From contig CALKVC010000094.1 in NCBI GenBank assembly GCA_937996595.1, forward strand, positions 12,202-76,201: a stretch of 64,000 bases of DNA. Direction: 5' to 3'. Position 1 is the first letter of the stretch. Every line of letters starts with the position of its first letter. Source of the stretch: an uncultured Chitinophagaceae bacterium. Its GTDB lineage: Bacteria; Bacteroidota; Bacteroidia; Chitinophagales; Chitinophagaceae. The notes beneath the pieces were generated by a model. That model was not told where the DNA came from. It saw only the letters and a list, made by a program, of their open reading frames with translations, and ran no database searches. Below are positions 57,379 through 64,000 of the stretch, piece after piece. The translations under genes and the position numbers were made by a program.

Positions 57379-58212
57379 TTATGTTTGTAAGATAGTTTTG
57401 AGCCGTTGCATTATTTTAAAATTTATTTCCCATTGGTTACCGATAGGTTGTTGTGTAAATGGCAATGCCGGCATATACGGCGCAGGGCCAAACTCTGGTG
57501 TGATGGCAATTTCTTTAACGCCTCTTTGTTTTTTATACTGAATAATTTGCTGCCACCATTTTTCGAATAAACTAAAGTGATTTTGCCATTCAGGAGCAAA
57601 AGGATCGTTTACCTGCGGAGCCTGCTCATGCCCGATTCTTGCATGTATATGTGATACATGCGGAATAATTTGGCTTATGATTTCTTGCTGGTCATGCAGC
57701 ATACTTTCAGACACGGTGCAAAAATGTGAGAAGTCACCAACAAGTTCCATTTCTGGAAATTTTTTGAGATAAGGAATCAAAGATGCCGCATGAAATGAAA
57801 ACCTTCCCCTGTGCGTTTCATGTAGAATTCTTACTCCTGTTTTATTGCTGACATTAAGGGCAGCTTCAATCACACGGCAGTTATCATCAAAAGAAAAAAA
57901 ATCTTTGCCGGTGTGTGAGTTGATAAAATGAGGTTTATTTTCTGTGAGTTTTATCAAACGTTTTTTAAATTCGTCAATATAATTTTTTACCGACCCCGGC
58001 TGATAGGGAGCAATATGCTGAATTACAAACGTAAAGCTGTTGTTTTTATCAATGGCATCCTCCACTTCAGCAATAAACTCTGTTATAAACTCAATATCAT
58101 CATTCAAAAATACTTCCACACCGGTATACGATGCCGTTTTGAGCCTGTCAAAAAAAGAGGCAATTCCCGATTGTTCGCTACCCCAGAATGGACAGCAATA
58201 GTTTATCTGCAA
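57379..58212 (-). CDS. sugar phosphate isomerase/epimerase (xylose-isomerase-like TIM barrel)
   Basis: 277 aa with a pattern of conserved His/Glu/Asp (LHETHRG, GDFSHF, HIHARIGH). Confidence 0.65.
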   Translation of the reverse strand: MQINYCCPFWGSEQSGIASFFDRLKTASYTGVEVFLNDDIEFITEFIAEVEDAIDKNNSFTFVIQHIAPYQPGSVKNYIDEFKKRLIKLTENKPHFINSHTGKDFFSFDDNCRVIEAALNVSNKTGVRILHETHRGRFSFHAASLIPYLKKFPEMELVGDFSHFCTVSESMLHDQQEIISQIIPHVSHIHARIGHEQAPQVNDPFAPEWQNHFSLFEKWWQQIIQYKKQRGVKEIAITPEFGPAPYMPALPFTQQPIGNQWEINFKIMQRLKTILQT

Positions 58213-58216
58213 AGCA

Positions 58217-59044
58217 TTAGTTTTGATAGATGATGGGATTAATTGGCGAATTAATCACCTCACCCACTTTTACACCCGGGCACCAGGTGCTCCAGTCGTT
58301 GATTTGATTTTTATTGTCAGGATTTTTCAGCACCATATCCTTGTCCATGTAAATTACCGTCATCACTTTCCGCATCTGGTCAGTTGTGTTGGCGCCTGCC
58401 CGGTGAAATATCCATCCACTATGAAAACTCACTTCACCCAAATCAAATGATTCGATTACATGCTTAAAATCTGTAACCCTTAATTTTTGCTGAATGGCTG
58501 CCTCGCTTTCATCACTTATTTCCAAATCACGGCCTTCCACTATTTGATGGCTGCCAGCACTAAATTCCAAAGGCCCCAATTCCAATGGTGTTTCCTGCAA
58601 AGGTATCCATGCCGTAACTGTTTTATCTGTTTCGAGCGGCCAGTAATATTGGTCAGCATGCCAAGGTGTGATACCTCCACCGCCTTCTTTAAACAATGCC
58701 TGGTCGTGGTAAATTCTAACTCCTTCAACTTCCATTAAATCACTTGCAATTTTTGCCAATCGTTTGCTGAAAACAAATTCTTTCACCACTTCATCTTCTC
58801 TCCATAAATTAAATAACTGGAGAAAGGCTTTGCCATAAGTGCTTCTTTGTTCCAGTGGCGTACTTTCGGTGTTCATTGTTTCCACTCTTTTGCTGATGAC
58901 ATCATTAAAAAAAGAAATTGAGGTCTCATCAAACACCTGTTTCAGTTTGATGTAACGGTTTTGCTGGTAAAATGCTATCTGTTCAGTGGTGAGTTGGTAA
59001 GGCTTTTCAAGTAATGCCAATACTGCTGACGGAATCGTTGACAT
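58217..59044 (-). CDS. phytanoyl-CoA dioxygenase (PhyH) family Fe(II)/2OG oxygenase
   Basis: It has the WHADQ (H-x-D) motif, a distal His (SFHSGWIFHRAG), and the typical N-terminal motif LTTEQIAFYQQNRYIKL. I prefer the start at MSTIPSAV. Confidence 0.8.
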   Translation of the reverse strand: MSTIPSAVLALLEKPYQLTTEQIAFYQQNRYIKLKQVFDETSISFFNDVISKRVETMNTESTPLEQRSTYGKAFLQLFNLWREDEVVKEFVFSKRLAKIASDLMEVEGVRIYHDQALFKEGGGGITPWHADQYYWPLETDKTVTAWIPLQETPLELGPLEFSAGSHQIVEGRDLEISDESEAAIQQKLRVTDFKHVIESFDLGEVSFHSGWIFHRAGANTTDQMRKVMTVIYMDKDMVLKNPDNKNQINDWSTWCPGVKVGEVINSPINPIIYQN

Positions 59045-59169
59045 AAATTTTATTTGACTGTAAAAATATCCTGAAGCACCGAAGAAGAATGACACTGTAT
59101 AAGCCAGTTATTACACTATATCGACAGAAAAATGTATTTTTAAAATAGAAATAGAATAAATAGAGGTAT

Positions 59170-60018
59170 ATGAAACCATTGCTGGAAGATATTAATGCAA
59201 AGAAAGGAAAACACTCCTTTATGGCTTACAGTATAAACCCGGCAAGGTTTAATTTCTTCTGGCATTATCACCCGGAGTATGAACTTACTCTGATACTGAA
59301 AGGAAGGGGCAGAAGATTAGTGGGCGACAGCCATGAAAATTTTGACAGTGGCGACCTGGTTCTCATTAGCCCCGGGCTTCCGCACACATGGGTAAGTGAC
59401 GGCCGACACAAAGGAAGACTGGCTGCAGTGGTGATACAATTTTCAGCAAACTTTATTGAACGGTTTACTGAATTGAATGAACTTTCTTCCATCAATAAAT
59501 TGCTGGCGCAGGCAAAGCAGGGTATTTCATTCAAGGGGAAAAAGCCGGCAGCAGTTATTGAACACATGAAATTACTGCCTGAAAAAAGCGGCGTTGAAAA
59601 AATTACCAGCCTGCTGTACATACTTCAGGAGTTTTCCAAACTCAGATATGTGGCTTTAGCTAGTTCATTTTATCAGCCGCTGAAAGGAAAGGAAAATGAA
59701 AACCGCATCAACAAAGTTTGTCAGTATGTGCAAAAACATGCAGCGGAACCGTTGTCCATTCACAAAGCTGCTGCATTGATTCATCTGTCTCCGGGAGCTT
59801 TTTGCAAATTTTTTAAACGCATCACAGGCAAAACATTTTCTGATTATGTGAATGAGGTACGCATTGCCAATGTGTGCAATCAACTGATGGCAACCGATAA
59901 GCAGGTCGCAGAAATTGCCTACAGCAATGGCTTTGAAACACTCACATATTTTAACCGCGTTTTTTTAAGGAAAAAAAAGATGCGACCGGGTATTTATCGA
60001 AAGATGTTTACGCTTTGA
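59170..60018 (+). CDS. AraC family transcriptional regulator (cupin + HTH)
   Basis: 282 aa with an N-terminal cupin (HYHPEYELTLILKGRG) and a C-terminal AraC HTH (FSDYVNEVRIANVCNQL...IAYSNGFETLTYFNRVF). It is divergent from the sugar operon. Confidence 0.9.
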   Translation: MKPLLEDINAKKGKHSFMAYSINPARFNFFWHYHPEYELTLILKGRGRRLVGDSHENFDSGDLVLISPGLPHTWVSDGRHKGRLAAVVIQFSANFIERFTELNELSSINKLLAQAKQGISFKGKKPAAVIEHMKLLPEKSGVEKITSLLYILQEFSKLRYVALASSFYQPLKGKENENRINKVCQYVQKHAAEPLSIHKAAALIHLSPGAFCKFFKRITGKTFSDYVNEVRIANVCNQLMATDKQVAEIAYSNGFETLTYFNRVFLRKKKMRPGIYRKMFTL

Positions 60019-60649
60019 GTAGAGAAGGCCCATCTGGTGTAAAAGAAGTAAAAGCCTCACTGTTTAAAAAACAACAATGAACAGATTGCCAAACAAAAGG
60101 TGATATGCGTTTTAGATCAAGTTTTTGCCAGGTATTATAAATGTGATTTGTCTATTATTGAGTAAGGTCAAAAGTATTTCTTCAGTTGGGTGGGCTTAGG
60201 TGCTGAGTAAATATATATTGTTGAAGTGTCGAATAAATGATGATAGATATTCGCCAGCCGGGGGCATTGTGTACTTGTGCTGTGTTTATATAACTTTATC
60301 CAAAGTATCTACCTTCTAATAACCTTTCGTTACAAAGTAATTTCCTGCATAGCTTATATACATATTTTTGCATTTGAAAATATATATCTTGTATAAAATA
60401 ATAAAACAGCTCTATGTTTTGAATGGGAAATCCTAAACCTGCAAAGAAAGTAGCCAAAAAGAAATCTACATGAAAGGAAGAAATATTAGTGGTATTATCT
60501 TAGCAGCATTAGGAATATTGTGGGCTGTCCTTCATTTTTTTAACCTCATCTTTGAACTGATAAAAAGTAGTACTAAATAGCGGGATAATAATTTTCAGTG
60601 AATACAATGATTTTTAACCTTGTGATCTAACAGGCACTAAGTTACCTGG

Positions 60650-60658
60650 CCCCCCCCC
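60650..60658. repeat. homopolymeric C9 tract
   Basis: ggccccccccc lies immediately left of the left inverted repeat. Confidence 0.9.
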
Positions 60659-60659
60659 G

Positions 60660-60696
60660 CTGGCGCAAGTGTTCCGAAGGATCACTTGTGTCTTTT
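60660..60696. repeat. left arm of a 37-bp inverted repeat (itself a hairpin)
   Basis: ctggcgcaagtgttccgaaggatcacttgtgtctttt. The reverse complement of the right arm differs at one position. Confidence 0.9.
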
Positions 60697-61040
60697 AAAG
60701 ACCGCCAGTCTGTGACTGGTTTAGAACTATTTAACCCTTAATGCAAACTACATTTTCATTAGTAGAAATTCCTACATTACTGTTTTTGCTTAAATATCTT
60801 ACTATATTTCAGTTACATAATAATACTGGTGATGGTCAAATTGCTCATTTCTTAACTTAAGTGTAGCTGTATAGTTTGAAGCAATAACAAGAGATGAATA
60901 TTGAGACATTGTTGTTAGCTGTTTTCAGCATACTATGATAATATTGGATTTTTGAAATATGCCGGGAACCGTCTATTAAAAATGACTTATCTGTATTGAG
61001 CATTTGCAGTACTGACACCGGTCAAAGACCTGCTAACTTA

Positions 61041-61077
61041 AAAAGACACAAGTGATCCTTCGGAACACTTGCACCAG
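61041..61077. repeat. right arm of the 37-bp inverted repeat
   Basis: aaaagacacaagtgatccttcggaacacttgcaccag. Confidence 0.9.
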
Positions 61078-61141
61078 ATTGTATAATATTTACTAAAAAG
61101 CAGTATTTTTCACTTCCGTTATTAAAATCAAAAAAAAGCAG

Positions 61142-61690
61142 ATGGAACCAGAACAATTAACACTGGGTATTGGAACCCGGTTGCAACACACCCAACACGG
61201 TCCGGGCGTTATTGTTGGCGTTAGGTATGCCACTTACCTGATCTCTTTTATCAATGTTGGGTTAAAGGAAATAGATAAAACAGATACACGCCTGGATGAG
61301 ATCATCCCGGAAAATGCAAGTACAGAAATTGAAACATCTTCGGAAATCGAAAGATCTTTGTTAAAAATATTACGGCAATGGGCAGACGTTTCAGAAATTG
61401 TGCCCATAGGCGACAAATGGATCGGCGGAACCATGCTGCTGCAAACCGCTGACAAATCACTCAAGCCGAAGGAAGTGCCCATTGATGTATTCTTTCACAA
61501 GATCGTCATGCTCCGCGATCGCCTCCGGGTGATGGAACAGCATATCAACAGCCATAAAAAACTTACCGACGAAGACAAAGTAAGCCTGCAGCAATATATT
61601 ACCCGCATCTACGGAACATTAACCACCTTTAATGTGTTATTTAAAAACAAGGAACATTGGTTTGTGGGGGAGAAGGGGAGTGATGTGTGA
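61142..61690 (+). CDS. hypothetical protein
   Basis: 182-aa ORF with ordinary soluble composition. No motif recognised. Confidence 0.55.
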   Translation: MEPEQLTLGIGTRLQHTQHGPGVIVGVRYATYLISFINVGLKEIDKTDTRLDEIIPENASTEIETSSEIERSLLKILRQWADVSEIVPIGDKWIGGTMLLQTADKSLKPKEVPIDVFFHKIVMLRDRLRVMEQHINSHKKLTDEDKVSLQQYITRIYGTLTTFNVLFKNKEHWFVGEKGSDV

Positions 61691-61750
61691 TGTGAGATGT
61701 ATGATATATGATTTATGATGTGTGATGTATGATGTGAGATGTGAGATTTT
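61681..61750 (+). repeat. heptanucleotide tandem array (TGATGTG / TGATGTA / AGATGTG variants), ~10 units
   Basis: tgatgtg tgatgtg agatgta tgatata tgattta tgatgtg tgatgta tgatgtg agatgtg agatttt. It starts in the last codons of the upstream gene. Confidence 0.9.
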
Positions 61751-61824
61751 TAGATTTGTAGAATGATTAAAAATAATACGCAGCCGCGATATGCTAAAAC
61801 AAAAACCAGGTAAACAAACGAAAC

Positions 61825-62187
61825 ATGTCTACATTTAACCAGCTTACACCGGAAGAAGAACGCGTGATATTGCACAAAGGAACCGAACGTCCTTTTACAG
61901 GAGAATACACGAATAACAAAGCCGCCGGAACTTATGTGTGCCGCCGTTGTGATGCAGCCCTGTATCATTCAAAAGATAAATTTGATTCCCATTGCGGCTG
62001 GCCCAGCTTTGATGATGAGATACCCGGCGCCGTTCTTCGTGTACCCGATGCCGATGGCAGCCGTACTGAAATCGTTTGCGCCAATTGCGGGGGGCACCTG
62101 GGTCATGTTTTCATCGGAGAAAGGTTTACTGCTAAAAATACGAGGCATTGTGTGAATTCGATATCTATGAAATTTATTCCGGAATGA
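61825..62187 (+). CDS. msrB: peptide-methionine (R)-S-oxide reductase
   Basis: 120 aa with CRRC...[12 protein letters not shown]...RHCVNS (SelR/MsrB zinc and catalytic motifs). Confidence 0.9.
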   Translation: MSTFNQLTPEEERVILHKGTERPFTGEYTNNKAAGTYVCRRCDAALYHSKDKFDSHCGWPSFDDEIPGAVLRVPDADGSRTEIVCANCGGHLGHVFIGERFTAKNTRHCVNSISMKFIPE

Positions 62188-62257
62188 TCTGAGATGTGAG
62201 ATGTGAGATGTGAGATCTATGATGTATGATATATGATGTGTGATGTATGATGTGAGG
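62186..62257 (+). repeat. heptanucleotide tandem array, ~10 units; its right 37 bp form the left arm of an inverted repeat
   Basis: tgatctg agatgtg agatgtg agatgtg agatcta tgatgta tgatata tgatgtg tgatgta tgatgtg agg. Confidence 0.9.
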
Positions 62258-62259
62258 AA

Positions 62260-62616
62260 TTATCTTTGATTTAATTTCGCTGTTTTATTTGTGGCTGTAA
62301 ATATGGCTGTTAATTCATTCGCCTCTTTCATTAACCTTTTTGTTTCTTCACCAGGCTTTATTTGGGCTTCTTCAATTATTTCAAGCCAATAATGACTTTC
62401 ATCAGCCTCTTCAATAACTATTTGAATTTTATTTATAAAATCTGCTTTAGATTTTGCCCGTGATGAAGCCCTGTAATTGGCACCTACAGATCCGGCAGAC
62501 CTTAATATTTGTTTGGCAATCTCATAAGCAGGAACGGACCTGGGAATATCTTTACAAAGCCTTATTATATCAATGTGAAATTTTTTCGTTCTTGCTTGTA
62601 ATTCTTTCTTATCCAC
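62260..62616 (-). CDS. four-helix-bundle protein (23S rRNA intervening-sequence protein / Avd-like family)
   Basis: 118 aa. FHIDIIRLCKDIP...AKQILRSAGSVGANYRASSRAKSKADFINKIQIVIEEADESHYWLEI is the hallmark pattern of this family. Confidence 0.85.
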   Translation of the reverse strand: MDKKELQARTKKFHIDIIRLCKDIPRSVPAYEIAKQILRSAGSVGANYRASSRAKSKADFINKIQIVIEEADESHYWLEIIEEAQIKPGEETKRLMKEANELTAIFTATNKTAKLNQR

Positions 62617-62690
62617 AAATTATTTTATGGAAAATTATTACTCTAACCTCCAAAAGCAAAGAGAAAAACATCATTCAAATCCGTGATTTC

Positions 62691-62735
62691 CCTCACATCA
62701 TACATCACACATCATATATCATACATCACAGATCA
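62691..62735 (-). repeat. heptanucleotide array in inverted orientation (right arm of the inverted repeat)
   Basis: 62691-62727 is the exact reverse complement of 62221-62257 (37/37). Similarity continues about 8 more bp with one mismatch. Confidence 0.9.
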
Positions 62736-62741
62736 AACATT

Positions 62742-64000
62742 CTAATATTTAATCAATTTCCCAATGGTTTCTCCCAGCCTTGAATATGCCATAAAATTCT
62801 TCTCCAGTTCCATATTAAACGGGATGGCGGTATCCAGGCTGGCACAACGCATCACGGGTGCATCCAGCAACGTATAGCAATGTTCGGCTATCCAGGCGGC
62901 AACCTCCCCGCCAACGCCCCCGGTCAATGTGTCTTCATGTAATATCAACACTTTCCCGGTTCTGGATACGGCATTTTTTATGGCTTCATAATCCAGCGGC
63001 AATAAGGTACGCAGGTCTGTTATATCAACAGATATCTCCGGGTGTTTTTCTGCATATTCCATCGCCCAATGCACCCCGGCGCCATAAGTGATTACAGAAA
63101 TATCTTCCCCGCTTCGTACATGCTTCGCTTTTCCTATTTCAATTTCATAATATTGGTCGGGCACATCACCGGATATGCTCCTGTACAAAGCCTTGTGCTC
63201 AAAAAACATCACCGGGTTGGGATCGTTGATGGCGGCTATCAGCAATCCTTTGGCATCTGCCGGTGTTGACGGATAAACCACTTTTAAGCCGGGTGTATGC
63301 ACAAACCAGGCTTCATTGCTTTGGCTGTGAAACGGCCCGGCACCCACACCGCCACCGGTTGGCATACGGATCACCACATCGGCGTTTTGCCCCCACCGGT
63401 AGTGTATCTTGGCCAGGTTGTTTATGATCTGGTTAAAACCAACCGTAACGAAATCGGCAAACTGCATTTCCATCACTGCCTTGTACCCTTCCAGGCTGAG
63501 GCCAAGTGCAGTTCCTACAATGGCGCTTTCACACAAAGGCGTGTTCCGTATCCTGCCCTTTCCAAACTTTTCAACAAACCCTTCCGTCACTTTAAACGCA
63601 CCACCGTATTCCGCTATATCCTGGCCCATCAGCACCAGGTTTTCATGTTTGTTTAGCGATTGCTCCAGCCCATCACTGATGGCATTGATGAATTTCTTTT
63701 CCGAAACCGGCCCATTAAGCGTTTGCCCGTTACTGTTATCTGCTACCAGGGACCGGTCAATATGAACCGGCGCATATACATCCGCCAGCTCTTCCCGGCT
63801 ATCAGGTATTAGCTTTTCCGCTTCAAACCCTTTTTTCAGCTCATCTTCAATATGGCTCTTCATTTCTGCCCGGGTGGCCTCCATGCCTGCAGCAGTCATA
63901 ATGCCCTCCTGCAGCAACCAGGTTTCAACATTCTTTATCGGGTCTTTCTGCTCCCATTCTTCAAACAGGTTTTTGGGTACATACTTAACACCGCTGGCCT
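62742..64000 (-). CDS. fused alpha/beta E1 component of a 2-oxoacid (branched-chain/pyruvate type) dehydrogenase, C-terminal part (gene runs off the right edge)
   Basis: The beta-subunit region is LVLMGQDIAEYGGAFKVTEGF...RNTPLCESAIVG...HSQSNEAWF. The frame stays open upstream of the track's first Met to position 64000 (...KNLFEEWEQKDPIKNVETWLLQEG), which fits an alpha-subunit C-terminus. Confidence 0.85.
   Translation of the reverse strand, partial: ASGVKYVPKNLFEEWEQKDPIKNVETWLLQEGIMTAAGMEATRAEMKSHIEDELKKGFEAEKLIPDSREELADVYAPVHIDRSLVADNSNGQTLNGPVSEKKFINAISDGLEQSLNKHENLVLMGQDIAEYGGAFKVTEGFVEKFGKGRIRNTPLCESAIVGTALGLSLEGYKAVMEMQFADFVTVGFNQIINNLAKIHYRWGQNADVVIRMPTGGGVGAGPFHSQSNEAWFVHTPGLKVVYPSTPADAKGLLIAAINDPNPVMFFEHKALYRSISGDVPDQYYEIEIGKAKHVRSGEDISVITYGAGVHWAMEYAEKHPEISVDITDLRTLLPLDYEAIKNAVSRTGKVLILHEDTLTGGVGGEVAAWIAEHCYTLLDAPVMRCASLDTAIPFNMELEKNFMAYSRLGETIGKLIKY

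Noticed and set aside
61681-62735. Heptamer arrays as a CRISPR array
   Set aside because: The units are 7 bp and contiguous, with no spacers, and no cas genes are present.
1-64000. Mobility genes (transposase, integrase, recombinase), prophage genes, or recognisable defence systems (restriction-modification, CRISPR-Cas, toxin-antitoxin pairs of known families)
   Set aside because: No translation in the six-frame track shows their hallmark motifs. The AT-rich islands therefore have no visible mobility machinery inside this window.

Overview
This 64-kb chromosomal window reads as Bacteroidota, probably Chitinophagaceae- or Sphingobacteriia-like. The supporting signs are a T9SS-type C-terminal sorting domain, Alternative Complex III next to an aa3-type oxidase cluster, a GH13/GH92 sugar operon with an AraC regulator, and TAnnTTTG-type promoter boxes. 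I call about 55 protein genes. By eye I see no rRNA, tRNA, CRISPR array, transposase or integrase. Layout: (1) 1-12.9 kb is housekeeping or accessory: a MarR + acyl-CoA dehydrogenase operon, a GT2, a lone ABC permease, Lrp/AsnC, an SPFH pair, a cation antiporter, and a GH109-like oxidoreductase next to a sugar-kinase-like phosphotransferase. (2) 13.3-14.9 kb is an AT-rich two-gene cassette bracketed by ~100-bp direct repeats. (3) 15.1-24.2 kb (minus strand) holds a LuxR-type response regulator, a 7TM histidine kinase, a small DUF4907-like protein and a 2,165-aa protein made of four six-bladed Kelch-like propellers. Its T9SS sorting domain is cut by an in-frame TAA. (4) 24.4-26.9 kb holds trmB, an ATL/MGMT-like gene and small genes. 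(5) 27.0-43.3 kb (minus strand) is a respiratory supercluster: actABCDEF, coxII, coxI, heme O synthase, two subunit III genes, subunit IV, then SCO and DUF420. (6) 43.5-46.4 kb holds a purN fusion, a CarboxypepD_reg-like protein and a Reg_prop protein. (7) 46.9-60.0 kb is an AT-richer 8-gene alpha-glucan/glycan operon with a divergent AraC gene. (8) 60.0-62.8 kb is a repeat-dense region: a poly-C tract, 37-bp inverted repeats around a 344-bp non-coding segment, heptanucleotide tandem arrays, and an Avd-like four-helix-bundle gene inside perfect 37-bp inverted repeats. (9) The window ends in a partial fused E1 alpha/beta 2-oxoacid dehydrogenase. The best leads are the truncated T9SS domain, the two-component/DUF4907/Kelch module, a promoter-to-terminator ~290-nt candidate sRNA at 6.36-6.67 kb, the inverted-repeat-flanked segment at 60.66-61.08 kb, and the heptamer/inverted-repeat-framed Avd-like gene. 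All functional calls come from motif recognition in the translations. No database search was possible.
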